In this document: piece after piece, positions 1 through 9,566 of the stretch
Layout: each line of letters starts with the position of its first letter
How positions within the stretch are numbered: the first letter of the stretch is position 1
Position numbers and translations under genes: made by a program
From: Planctomycetota bacterium
GTDB lineage: Bacteria > Planctomycetota > UBA1135 > UBA2386
DNA length: 64,000 bases
Assembly (NCBI GenBank): GCA_965223545.1
Contig: OZ245006.1
Coordinates: 7,552,001 to 7,616,000, forward strand
Direction of reading: 5' to 3'
Notes under the pieces: generated by a model
Database searches by the model: none
Told to the model about the DNA's origin: nothing
What the model saw: the letters and a program-made list of their open reading frames with translations, nothing else

Positions 1-2
1 GC

Positions 3-371
3 GTCGCGGTCGGGCTGCGGGTGGACGAGCCGGACGAGGTGTGCAGCCCGACGTATCTGCTCGTGGTCGAGCACCCGGGGCCCCTGCCGATGGTCCACAT
101 CGATGCCTACCTGCCGGCCAAGACCCAGGCGTTCTTGGCCGATGGGGGAGTCGACTACCTGGCCGACCTCGGCGGGGTGGCGGTCGTCGAGTGGGCCGAG
201 CGGGTCGCCACCCTCCTGCCGAGCGAGACCCTGTGGGTCGAGCTCGAGCGGGCGGAGCGGCGAGGGATCGCCGGCCGGCGCGCGCGTCTGCGGGGCCGAT
301 CGCCGACGTTCTCGTGGCTGAGGCCGGGCGCCCCCCTTGCCATCGCCGGATGCGAGGAGCTAAGTTGTTGA
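3..371 (+). CDS. tsaE: tRNA threonylcarbamoyladenosine biosynthesis ATPase TsaE, 5'-truncated by window edge
   Basis: Motifs V-x-SPTY-LL, H-I-D-A-Y and V-V-E-W-A-E typical of TsaE/YjeE; frame is open back to the window start. Confidence 0.85.
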   Translation, partial: VAVGLRVDEPDEVCSPTYLLVVEHPGPLPMVHIDAYLPAKTQAFLADGGVDYLADLGGVAVVEWAERVATLLPSETLWVELERAERRGIAGRRARLRGRSPTFSWLRPGAPLAIAGCEELSC

Positions 372-441
372 CTGGCAGATGATTGAGAAATCGTCGGCCG
401 CGGCCGCTCGGAAGGCCGTTGGAGAAACTCCACGGCCGGCG

Positions 442-467
442 TGAACCGGTGGCCCGCACGTCGCGTT
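442..467 (+). promoter_or_regulatory. Putative ECF-type autoregulatory promoter TGAACC-N16-CGTT
   Basis: Matches the generic ECF pattern (-35 GAAC / -10 CGT, 16-nt spacer) and ends 17 nt before the ECF sigma ATG at 485. Confidence 0.5.
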
Positions 468-484
468 GGCGCACCACAGACTCG

Positions 485-1216
485 ATGGGCCAAGAGCAGG
501 AACACGACCGCAGCGGGGACGGCGGCGAAACCGGTTCGCCGCGCGTTTCGACCGGCGCCGCGCCAGCGGGGTCGGGCCCGGTCGGCGACCCCGGTGGTAC
601 TGCCGAGGATTGGCTGGCACGGTTCGCCGAGGGCGACGAAGCCGCGTTCCACCGCATCGTCGGCGAGTACCAGGCTCGCCTGGTGCAGTTCTACTATCGC
701 CTCTGCTGGGATCGCGACGCCGCCGAGGACTTCGCGCAGGACTTGTTCATGAAGCTGCTGCGCGGCGCCCGGCGCTACCGGCCGGAGGGCAAGCTGTCGA
801 CCTTCATCTTCCGCGTCGCCACCAACCTCTGGATCGACCACTACCGGTCCGCGCGGCCGCAGCCGCGGCTCTACTCGCTCGACCAGCCGATGCTGGGCAG
901 TGGGCGGAGCATGGCGGCGCGCGTGCCGGCGGGCGGGGCCGGCCCGCAGGAGGTGGCGATCGACGGCGAGCAGCGCGCGCAGCTGCGCGCCGCTCTGGAG
1001 TCGCTGACCGAGCCGCACCGGCTCGTGTTCGAGCTCGCGGTCTACCAGGAGCTGCCGTACGCCGAGATCGGCCAGATCTTGGGGATCCCGTTGGGCACGG
1101 TGAAGTCGCGGATGCACAACTCGGTCAAGGCACTGAAGGCCGTGCTCGATCCCGAGCGGCAGGAGGTGGACCGGCCGTCCCCCGGTTCGTTTCGGGCCGC
1201 CGGAGGTTCCGGATGA
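485..1216 (+). CDS. ECF RNA polymerase sigma-70 factor
   Basis: Region 2 (AEDFAQDLF...FIFRVATNLWIDHYR) and region 4 (LPYAEIGQILGIPLGTVKSRMH). Confidence 0.93.
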   Translation: MGQEQEHDRSGDGGETGSPRVSTGAAPAGSGPVGDPGGTAEDWLARFAEGDEAAFHRIVGEYQARLVQFYYRLCWDRDAAEDFAQDLFMKLLRGARRYRPEGKLSTFIFRVATNLWIDHYRSARPQPRLYSLDQPMLGSGRSMAARVPAGGAGPQEVAIDGEQRAQLRAALESLTEPHRLVFELAVYQELPYAEIGQILGIPLGTVKSRMHNSVKALKAVLDPERQEVDRPSPGSFRAAGGSG

Positions 1217-2796
1217 CTCGGTCTGACCACAGGCCCGATCCGGAGTTCGCGGCCCTGGCGGGCGCGGTGGACGCGATCTTGGGTGAGTCGTCGGCGGAGG
1301 CTCATGCCGCGCGCCGCCAACTCGAGATCGACCCGGCGCAGGCGTTGGCGACGGCGGGCGTGCGCGATCTGTTCGAGCAGCTGCGCGGCTTGACCGTCGA
1401 GCCATCCGGTCGGGTGCCGGTCGCGGTGCGCTACGCCGCGGCCCGTCGAGCGCGGCTGCGCGCGCGGCGGCCGGGCGCCGGCGCGGTCTTGCGCTCGATG
1501 ACCGCGCGCACGTGGCTGGGCGTGCCGGCGGTGGCCGCCGTAGTGTTGGCAGCTCTGGTGCTGTGGCAGCGGCCCGGCGCTCTGGTCACGCCTTCGGTAT
1601 CGGCGGTGGATGCGGCCGTTGTCGATGTCGCGGCGGAGGCCGACGAGGAGTCGGCGGGCTTTGCTACCGTCGGTCGACGCACGCTGGTCGGCGCGGCGCC
1701 GGTCGAGCCGGACGACGCCGCGGTGGAGGACGTTCTCGCCGTCGGCGGGCTGGGGCTGCGCGCGACCTACGAGGCCCTGGCCCGCCTCGAGCGCGATGCG
1801 CCCCATCAGGACGTGCTGCGCGCCGACAACGACTTGGCGCTGCTGCGCTACGAGTTTCGCCAGCGGTTCACCGCGGCCCAGCGCCGGCGCTTGATGCGTG
1901 CCAACGGTGGAGACCCGGGGCTCGAGGGTCGGGTCCAGGCGCTGGCGGCGGCGATCGCGGCGAGACTGGAGCGGGAGCCGTTGCACGCGGTCGGGCCGCG
2001 GGCGGCGGCGCTGGCGCTGCGCGCGCTGTTGGCGGCTGGCTCGAGTCCGAGCACCGGCCATCGCGGCGCCGTGGCGGCGCTGCGCGCCGATTTGGCCAGG
2101 CGGCTGCCGGAAGTGCGGGGTGCGGACCGGGTCGCCGTGTTGGCGGCGATGGTGGACGTCGCGGTGCTCACCGACGGCGTCGAGGTCGAGCTGGTGCGCC
2201 GGTACGCGACGGCGTTGGCCAGGTCGGTGTCGCGCCCGGCGGAGGTGCGCGTCGCGGCGCACGGCCACGGCGTCGTCGTCGCCCAGCGCCGGCCCGAGCT
2301 GCTGCGCATCGAGACCCCGGCGGCGAGCCTTGCGGATGCCGGACATGTGCTCCGGCTGGCCCCCGCCTTCGGGGTCGACCCCGCGCTCGCGCGGCAGGCG
2401 CGTCGGTTGGTGGCCGCGCACCTGCAGGAGCGGTTGGCGGCGGCATCGGTCGAGCAGCCGGCGCTGCTCGCCGCGCAGCTGTACGGATTTGGTGACCTCG
2501 TCGACCGCGGTGAAGTCGACCGCATGCTGAGCCTCTGGCGGCCGCGCCTGATGGCCAGCGCCGACGTCGTGGCCCTGTACCAGATGGCTTGGGGGCAGTA
2601 TCCGCCGCGGCCGGGGTGGGCGCGCTTCCAGTGGGAGCTGCGCGAGGTCGGCGCGGCGAAGACACCGGAGTCGGTGTTGGACACCGCGGCCCTGCTGCTC
2701 AGCGTGGCGACCAACTTCGCGGCTCCGGGAGTGGCCGGCGTCCTGGAGTTGGATCGCGTGGCAGGGCAGCCCCCGGCCCGCCTCTCGTGGCTGTGA
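1213..2796 (+). CDS. Putative membrane-anchored anti-sigma factor with large helical extracytoplasmic domain
   Basis: ATGA overlap with the sigma stop; short N-terminal domain, one TM helix (WLGVPAVAAVVLAALVLW), then an Ala/Leu-rich helical domain. Confidence 0.65.
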   Translation: MTRSDHRPDPEFAALAGAVDAILGESSAEAHAARRQLEIDPAQALATAGVRDLFEQLRGLTVEPSGRVPVAVRYAAARRARLRARRPGAGAVLRSMTARTWLGVPAVAAVVLAALVLWQRPGALVTPSVSAVDAAVVDVAAEADEESAGFATVGRRTLVGAAPVEPDDAAVEDVLAVGGLGLRATYEALARLERDAPHQDVLRADNDLALLRYEFRQRFTAAQRRRLMRANGGDPGLEGRVQALAAAIAARLEREPLHAVGPRAAALALRALLAAGSSPSTGHRGAVAALRADLARRLPEVRGADRVAVLAAMVDVAVLTDGVEVELVRRYATALARSVSRPAEVRVAAHGHGVVVAQRRPELLRIETPAASLADAGHVLRLAPAFGVDPALARQARRLVAAHLQERLAAASVEQPALLAAQLYGFGDLVDRGEVDRMLSLWRPRLMASADVVALYQMAWGQYPPRPGWARFQWELREVGAAKTPESVLDTAALLLSVATNFAAPGVAGVLELDRVAGQPPARLSWL

Positions 2797-2884
2797 GCGC
2801 GATTCGCTGAGGCGAGACTCGCCGGGCGCCGCGCCGGGTTTCTTCGGTTCTGGTGTCGAGCAGGCGAGTGCGTATGGTCGGCGC

Positions 2885-4516
2885 ATGATTCGCGCCGGTG
2901 CGCTGTTCTCGTGCTCGGCGGCCGTGGCCGCGCTCGTTTCGATTGGCCCGCGCGTCCACGGCCAGGACCCGGCGGGTCGCGGTGGCGAGTCGGTCGTCGA
3001 TCCGCTCGCCGAGGTGCCGATCCCGGCCGATCCCGGTGCCGGAGCCGAGTACCCGCTCACCCTGATGGATGCGCTGCGGTTGGCTCTGCGGCACAACACC
3101 ACGATCAAGGTCGAGGAGCTGTTGCCGCACCAGGCCTCGGAGGACGTGCGCGCCGCGCGCGCGATCTTCGAGCCCGAGTTCTTCAGCCACGTCTCGGTGT
3201 CGCGCAGCAAGGATCCGACCCGCAACGTGTTCCAGCCGGCGATCAGCCGTGAGACCTACGACGCCCGTTTCGGCGTGCGGCAGCTGGTGCCCTCGGGTGG
3301 TCTGTTCGACTTGGCGTTCTCGCCGACGCGGCTGACGCAGAACTCGTCGGTGCAGGGCTTCCCGGCGCGCCAATACACCACCGACTTCACCGCGACCTAC
3401 ACCCAGCCGCTGCTGCGCGGGGCGTGGGACGACTACACCATGCGCGACGTACACGTGCAGGAGTCGCGGCGCGCGGCGGCGGCGTTTCGCTACGACCGCG
3501 TGGTGCAGGACACGCTGCTGGCGGTCGTGCAGGCGTATTGGGACCTGGTGTTTGCCCGCGAGAATTACCGCGTGGCTTTCCAGGCCTTCGAGCTGGCGCG
3601 GCGTCAGCTGGATCGCACCGACCAGCGGATCCGCGTCGGCGATCTGGCGCCGCTGGATCGCGTCACCGACGAGGCCGAGGTGGCCCGCCGGCGCGAAGAG
3701 CTGGTCACCGCGGAGAACGAGATCCGCGACCGCGAGGACGATTTGCGGCGGCTGTTGTTCGACGACGCCGACGGCGAGCTGTGGCGCCGGCAGATCGAGC
3801 CGCTGACGCCGATCGGTGCGGTCGACGGGTCGGGGTTGCTCGATTGGCGCATCATCGCCGCCCGGGCGCGGCGCGAGCGCCCCGACTTGCGCGCTCTGCG
3901 CGCCGACGTGTCCGCCGCCGAGGTGCAGCTCGAGGCGGCGGAGCGCGACGTGCTGCCGCAGCTCGATCTCGTCGGCTCGTACACCACCAACAGCGTGCGC
4001 GAGGGATTCGACGACGCCTGGTCGGACACCACCGACTTTCAATTCCCCGACTGGAGTCTGCGCCTCGAGCTGTCGGTGCCGATCGGCAACAACGCCGCAC
4101 GGGCGGCGCGTGACCGCGCGGGTCTCGAGGTCGAGCGCACGCGGCGGGCGCTGTACGCGGCGATGTTCGACGTCGATCTGGAGGTCCGCGACGCGGTGCG
4201 GCGCTTGGCCACCTTGGCGGAGAGCATCGAGCGGGGCCGCGAGAGCGTGCGCTTGGCGGAGACCAACCTCACCCGCGAGGTGGCGCGCAAGGACGCCGGC
4301 GAGAGCACGACGCTGGACGTGCAGCAGCGCAACCAAGAGCTGCAGGAGGCGCGTTCGCGGCTGCTGCGCAATCTGCTGGACTACCGCATCGCGGAGAGCA
4401 CGCTCGAGCACGTGCAGGGAACCCTGGCCGGTGAGGCCGAGGACGAGACCACCGCCGAAGACGGGGCGGCAGGGTCGGAATCCACGGGCGGCGACACCGA
4501 GCCCGGACGGGAGTAG
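2885..4516 (+). CDS. TolC-family outer-membrane efflux protein
   Basis: Signal peptide; LTLMDALRLALRHN start; two OEP-like repeats (VVQAYWDL, LPQLDLVGSY, SVPIGN). Confidence 0.9.
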   Translation: MIRAGALFSCSAAVAALVSIGPRVHGQDPAGRGGESVVDPLAEVPIPADPGAGAEYPLTLMDALRLALRHNTTIKVEELLPHQASEDVRAARAIFEPEFFSHVSVSRSKDPTRNVFQPAISRETYDARFGVRQLVPSGGLFDLAFSPTRLTQNSSVQGFPARQYTTDFTATYTQPLLRGAWDDYTMRDVHVQESRRAAAAFRYDRVVQDTLLAVVQAYWDLVFARENYRVAFQAFELARRQLDRTDQRIRVGDLAPLDRVTDEAEVARRREELVTAENEIRDREDDLRRLLFDDADGELWRRQIEPLTPIGAVDGSGLLDWRIIAARARRERPDLRALRADVSAAEVQLEAAERDVLPQLDLVGSYTTNSVREGFDDAWSDTTDFQFPDWSLRLELSVPIGNNAARAARDRAGLEVERTRRALYAAMFDVDLEVRDAVRRLATLAESIERGRESVRLAETNLTREVARKDAGESTTLDVQQRNQELQEARSRLLRNLLDYRIAESTLEHVQGTLAGEAEDETTAEDGAAGSESTGGDTEPGRE

Positions 4517-4622
4517 GCTTAGCCATGCGGTTTTCGGTGACGCGCCGGGGTGCTCGGTCTAGGAGGCTGTCGACGACCTCTGGCGGCGATGCGCGCGGTG
4601 CCAGCCTCGACTCGGGATCCCG

Positions 4623-6302
4623 ATGATGCGGCGTTATCTCACCCTGTTGCCCTTGCTGTGGGCTTGTTCGGAGCAACCGCCAGCCGGGGGCGCGGCTGCG
4701 GCCGCCCCGGAGGGGCAGGCGGCTGTCGGCCCTGCCACCCACCCGTTCGGCTTCGAGGTTTGGCGAGCGGACTTTCCGTTCGAGCCGCACCTGTCGCCCG
4801 CCGAGGATCGCTGGTACGGACACTCGCGGCGCCAAGCGCTGGAGCGGATCGTCGACAAGCTGCAGGGCAACTGCACGCGCGACGGTTGGCTGATGGCGAT
4901 GGCGTTCTTCGAGCGCGCCGGCGAGGAAGCGGTGCCGGTGCTGGCCGAGGCCCTCGACCGCGCCCTGCAGACCAGCTCGATGGCGGACAAGGTGGAGAAC
5001 ATCGCCGAGGCGCTCGGCCGGATGGGGCACCTGGACTCCGATGACGTCGCCGAGGCGGTCTTCCGCGCGGCCCAGCACCGCAAGGAGTCGGTGCAGAAGA
5101 AGGCGATGATCGCCATGGTTCCGGCGGGCAACGCCGAAGTCGTGCGCCGCATGCTGCCAGCGCTCGGAGCGCTGCAGACGCGCAGCCAGGTCGCCCTGCT
5201 GCAGGCCGCGCGCGCCCACTTGCCCGAGGCCGAGGTCCGCGCGTTGTTCCGCGGTCTCCTGGTGCGGGAGTCACCGCACTTCAGCATGGCGGTCGACGAG
5301 ACCTTGAAGATGCCGCCGCCGCAGGCGATGGACCTACTCGAGCCGCTGTGGGCGATGGCGCGCGGCGAGCTGCAGTGGTCGATTGCCGGCGTGATGCACG
5401 CCGTCGGCGACGCTCGTGGTACGCACTACCTGCGTTCGCAGCTGCGCAGCGACCTCAAGAACGCGCAGATCGCCGCCATCGGCGCCCTGAGCAAGTACGG
5501 GCTGGAGCCCCTGTTCGACGATGTCCTCAAGCTGAGCATCTCGCCGGATCCGCAGGTGCGGCAGGCGGTGATGGTCGCGGTCAGCGGAATCGACGAGGAG
5601 AACGTCAGCAACCTGCTCAGCACGTTCGCGGTCGATCCGGTGATCGACGTGCGGCAGATGGCGTTGCACGCGCTGGTGCAGCGCGGTGAGCGGACGTTCG
5701 TCGAGCAGCTGATCGACACGATGCGCACCGCGACCGGCACCAACCTGATGAGCACGATGGCCGATCTCGCCGCCTCGGGTGACGAGGAGGGGCTGATCGC
5801 GATCGTCTCGCGCATGGAGAACGCCGCCCCGGAGGAGCGCCGGCCGTACATCAAGGCCATCGCCCGGTCCACGGCGCCGTCCGCGTTCGATGCTTTGCGC
5901 TCCGTCTTCATGGAGCCCGAAGCGCCGATCGCCGGCGGGACCACGAACGTCGCCTACGCCGCCACGGTGATGCCGAACCAGCGCGCCGCGGGGGATCGGA
6001 TGCTCGAGCTGTTCGACGCGCTGCCTGCCGAGGACTACCGGCGCCGCGCCTTCGCCCTGCACGCCATCGCCAACCTGGCGGCGGTCTCGGCGAAGGACCC
6101 GGAGTTCGCCGCGGAGGTCTATCGCCGCTGTCGCGCGCTGCTCGCCGACCGCGAGGCGATTCCCCAGCTCCGGCTCCTGGCCCTCGAATACCTGCGGCGC
6201 GACCTCACCCTCGACGACATGGTCGCCATCAAGCAGCAGCAGGAAACCGAGGACCCACCGATGCGCAAAGCGCTGTCGAGCTTCCTCTTCGAGTTCTTCT
6301 GA
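4623..6302 (+). CDS. HEAT-repeat lipoprotein
   Basis: Lipobox-like LLWAC; HEAT-like repeats (DPQVRQAVM, DVRQMALHAL); codon usage like neighbouring genes. Confidence 0.7.
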   Translation: MMRRYLTLLPLLWACSEQPPAGGAAAAAPEGQAAVGPATHPFGFEVWRADFPFEPHLSPAEDRWYGHSRRQALERIVDKLQGNCTRDGWLMAMAFFERAGEEAVPVLAEALDRALQTSSMADKVENIAEALGRMGHLDSDDVAEAVFRAAQHRKESVQKKAMIAMVPAGNAEVVRRMLPALGALQTRSQVALLQAARAHLPEAEVRALFRGLLVRESPHFSMAVDETLKMPPPQAMDLLEPLWAMARGELQWSIAGVMHAVGDARGTHYLRSQLRSDLKNAQIAAIGALSKYGLEPLFDDVLKLSISPDPQVRQAVMVAVSGIDEENVSNLLSTFAVDPVIDVRQMALHALVQRGERTFVEQLIDTMRTATGTNLMSTMADLAASGDEEGLIAIVSRMENAAPEERRPYIKAIARSTAPSAFDALRSVFMEPEAPIAGGTTNVAYAATVMPNQRAAGDRMLELFDALPAEDYRRRAFALHAIANLAAVSAKDPEFAAEVYRRCRALLADREAIPQLRLLALEYLRRDLTLDDMVAIKQQQETEDPPMRKALSSFLFEFF

Positions 6303-6367
6303 CCGTGCGCCGCACCCGCGAACGAACGAACTCGTGAAGGTACGGAGCCTGACCTGGCTCCGTACCC

Positions 6368-6946
6368 TCACGAGTTCGGCAGCGCGAGCCAACGTTCGTC
6401 GTCCGTGCCGCGGTACCACTGGCCGGGCGCGGGTTTGTGGTCGAGCGGGTGGCCGCAGCCGGCGGCGGGGACCGGATCGAGGCCGGCGTAGCCCGCCTGT
6501 AGGTTGCGCGAGAACGCGGGTAGGCCTCGGCTGGGGAAGAAGAACACGCTGCGCCCGGCGTCGAGATAGGAGCGTGGCCAGGCGTACACCTCGAAGGCTG
6601 GGGGTTCGTCGGGCGCGGCTTCGTCTTCAGGCGATGGTAGCAGCGCGATCCGGTAGTGCTTGGCGCCGAACACCAGGCGCTGGCCCGCGATCGACGCCTC
6701 CTCGTCGACCTCGAGGTCGTGGCCCTCGGTGCGCTCCAGCAGGGATGCGGCCAGATCCGGCGTCGCCAAGTCGAACGGTGCCAGCTCGGTCGCGGCGCCG
6801 CACACGGCGCGCGCCGCCGCTTCCGCGCGGCGCTCGATGCGCGCTACCCGCGCGGCGGTGGCGTACGGAACCCAGAGGGTGACGCCCAGCACGACGCAAC
6901 CCAGGAGCAGGAGCGTATTGCCGAGATTCAGGGTCCGGAGACGCAC
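6368..6946 (-). CDS. Hypothetical membrane-anchored protein, pilin-like architecture
   Basis: GTG start; N-terminal hydrophobic helix, amphipathic helix (ARVARIERRAEAAARAV), then FEVYAWPRSY...GRSVFFF motif. Confidence 0.6.
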   Translation of the reverse strand: MRLRTLNLGNTLLLLGCVVLGVTLWVPYATAARVARIERRAEAAARAVCGAATELAPFDLATPDLAASLLERTEGHDLEVDEEASIAGQRLVFGAKHYRIALLPSPEDEAAPDEPPAFEVYAWPRSYLDAGRSVFFFPSRGLPAFSRNLQAGYAGLDPVPAAGCGHPLDHKPAPGQWYRGTDDERWLALPNS

Positions 6947-7043
6947 GCGCGGGATCTTGCGGCATGGCGCGCGCGTGTGCAATCGCAGGGTCGTTGGCAG
7001 GTGGCCGCTTGCGCCGTGGGGGCCGGCGGTGGACGGTGGGCTC

Positions 7044-8483
7044 ATGAGCCCCGTGCTCGATGTCCCCGCGGCGCTGCGGCAGCTCGCTGCCACGCTGCAG
7101 CAGAGCGGCGGGCGGGTCTGGCTGGTCGGCGGAGCCGTGCGCGATGCGCTCCTCGCGGAGGCCGCAACGCCAGACGCGGATCGGGCGGAGGCGGGCGTCG
7201 AGCGCGACTGGGATCTCGCCACCGACCTGCCGCCGGACGCCGTCGCCGCCGCCATCGGCACCGCGCCACAGCGCGCGCACGCGTTCGGCGCGGTGGCATT
7301 CGAGCGGGACGGTGTCGCCGGCGTCGTGCAGACACTGCGGCGCGAGTCCGGCTACCGAGACCGGCGCCGGCCGGACGTCGTGGAGTTCACTGCCGATCTC
7401 GCTGCCGACGCCGCGCGCCGCGACTTCACGGCCAACGCGCTCTACCTGGATCTGAGCGACGGCCGCTTGATCGATCCGCTCGGCGGTCGCGAGGATCTGC
7501 GGCGCGGCGTGCTGCGGGCGATCGGGGACCCCAGCGTGAGGTTGCGCGAGGACCCGCTGCGCATGCTCCGCGCCGTGCGGTTCTGCGCGGCGGGCGGCCT
7601 GCGGCTGGAGGCGGCCACCGACGCCGCCCTGCGCGCGCACAGCGATGCGGTCCGTGACCTCTCCGCCGACCGGGTGCGCGACGAGCTGACGCGCGCCTTC
7701 ACCGGCCGTGGCCGCGGCCGCGCGCTGCGCATGGCGATCGACCTGGGCGTGACAACGCCTTGGCTCCCCGAGCTCGCGCCCATGGACGGGGTTCCTCAAC
7801 CACCACAGTACCACCCGGAAGGCGACGTCCTGACGCACGTGTGCTTGGTCTTGGACCACGTGCCGGCGGACGATCCGGTGTTGTCGTGGGCGGCCGTGCT
7901 GCACGACGTCGGCAAGCCGCCGACCTTCGAGCGGGCGGCGGACCGCATCCGCTTCACCGGCCACGACGTGCTGTCGGCGCAGATGGCCGAACGCATGCTG
8001 CGCCGGCTGCGTGCTCCGCGGCGCTGGATCGAAGCGGTGGTCGAGATCTGCCGTGACCACATCAGGATCGCGTCGCTGCCGCAGATGGGCAAGACCAAGC
8101 GCGAGCGTTGGCTGCGGACCGAGCTGTTCCCGGCGCACCTGGCGTTTCATCGCGCCGATTGTCTGGGCAGCCATGGCGATCTGCACATCTACGAATTCGC
8201 TCGGCGGGCGTTGGCGGAACTGCCGCCGGAGCCGCCGCCACCGCTGGTGTCCGGTGCCGATGTGCTCGCCCTCGGCGTCGGCGAGGGGCCCATGGTGGGG
8301 CAGCTACTGCGGGCCGCGCAGGCCGAGATCGAGCAGCGTGCCGGTGTCGATCGGAGACAGGCTTTGTCCATTCTCGAGACAGTGGTGAAGAGTGCGGTCA
8401 AGGAGCCCGCAGGCGGGGCCGATACGGAGGGCACTGGCCAAGCACGGACCGATGCCGATGACGAACAGCGACCTCAGTCATGA
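7044..8483 (+). CDS. cca: CCA tRNA nucleotidyltransferase with HD domain
   Basis: LVGGAVRD, DWDLAT, RRDFTANA, EDPLRMLRAVRF, HPEGDV, LHDVGKP motifs. Confidence 0.9.
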   Translation: MSPVLDVPAALRQLAATLQQSGGRVWLVGGAVRDALLAEAATPDADRAEAGVERDWDLATDLPPDAVAAAIGTAPQRAHAFGAVAFERDGVAGVVQTLRRESGYRDRRRPDVVEFTADLAADAARRDFTANALYLDLSDGRLIDPLGGREDLRRGVLRAIGDPSVRLREDPLRMLRAVRFCAAGGLRLEAATDAALRAHSDAVRDLSADRVRDELTRAFTGRGRGRALRMAIDLGVTTPWLPELAPMDGVPQPPQYHPEGDVLTHVCLVLDHVPADDPVLSWAAVLHDVGKPPTFERAADRIRFTGHDVLSAQMAERMLRRLRAPRRWIEAVVEICRDHIRIASLPQMGKTKRERWLRTELFPAHLAFHRADCLGSHGDLHIYEFARRALAELPPEPPPPLVSGADVLALGVGEGPMVGQLLRAAQAEIEQRAGVDRRQALSILETVVKSAVKEPAGGADTEGTGQARTDADDEQRPQS

Positions 8484-9543
8484 CTTCGAGAGCTACCGGC
8501 GCGACCGCAACAAGCGGCGCCTGCGCGAAGACGGTCTGCGCGACCTCGGCGCGAAGGGCGAGGTGATCCGCCAGCTCGAGGCGGTAGAGGAAGAGGCCAC
8601 TCGCAACGCCCAGCTCGCGCGCGAAGCGACCGAGTTCTTCGCGGACGCCACCCGAACGGCGGCGGGGGTCGTGCAACAGATCAACGACGATCGCGAGGTC
8701 GAATCGCGGGAGCGGATCGGCGGCGACGTCGAGGAGTTCTTGGGCGAGGTGCGCCGCACGGCCGAATCGTGTGTCCGTTCGTTGGCGGAGGGACGCTCGA
8801 GCGGCGGCGCCGCCCGCGCCAAGGCGGCGACGGCCCCCGTCGTGGAGGACGAGCCAGAAGCCGAGGCGCCGCCGCCGCCGAGCCAACTGCCCGAGCGGCC
8901 GCGCAACGGCACCGGTGGCCGGCGGCCGACCTCGGTGATGCCGGTGTTCCGCGATGGCGAGTCGAATCCGCTGCAGGATCTCGCCGCTGCCGCGGCGGAG
9001 CCGATGCCCGCCGCGTCGGCTGGCGAAGCGACGGCGGAGATCGCCGATGCCTTCACCGAGGCCGAGATCGCGGCGGATACGGACACGGCGGCTGCCGGTG
9101 GTGCCGCCGCTGACGGCGAGACCGGGGAGGCCGGCAGTGTGTCTTGGCCGATGAGCTTCGGCGAGGTGGATCTGGCCGGCGCCGGCGCTGGCGCCGTGGC
9201 CGAGGACGAGCCGGAGGCTGCGCCCGATGTCGCGACGACCGACGCCGCAGATTCCCCCACCGACTGGGCCGCGGGGCTGGCCGCGGCGCCCAGCGGAGCG
9301 TCGACCTCGCTGGACGACTACCTGCTGCCGGCGTTCGAGTCCGAGGAAAGCGAGCCCGAGCCGACCCCGGCGCCGGATTCCGGCGACGATGCCGCGCTGG
9401 CCGAGGATGCGGGCATCGGCGTGCAGGTGCTGCGCTCGTTGCTCACCGATCCGGAGCGCTTGCGGGCGGCTCTGCGCGCGCTGCTGCAGGCCGACGTGCT
9501 GACGCCGGAGGAAGCGCGCGACGTGGCCCGTGCATTGATCTGA
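8458..9543 (+). CDS. Hypothetical protein: N-terminal coiled coil, acidic A/E/D/P-rich disordered linker, C-terminal helices
   Basis: Long ORF with typical codon bias, overlapping the end of cca; start may be 8452 or 8458. Confidence 0.7.
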   Translation: MTNSDLSHDFESYRRDRNKRRLREDGLRDLGAKGEVIRQLEAVEEEATRNAQLAREATEFFADATRTAAGVVQQINDDREVESRERIGGDVEEFLGEVRRTAESCVRSLAEGRSSGGAARAKAATAPVVEDEPEAEAPPPPSQLPERPRNGTGGRRPTSVMPVFRDGESNPLQDLAAAAAEPMPAASAGEATAEIADAFTEAEIAADTDTAAAGGAAADGETGEAGSVSWPMSFGEVDLAGAGAGAVAEDEPEAAPDVATTDAADSPTDWAAGLAAAPSGASTSLDDYLLPAFESEESEPEPTPAPDSGDDAALAEDAGIGVQVLRSLLTDPERLRAALRALLQADVLTPEEARDVARALI

Positions 9544-9566
9544 GAGATCGCGGCCGAGGCCTAGTC

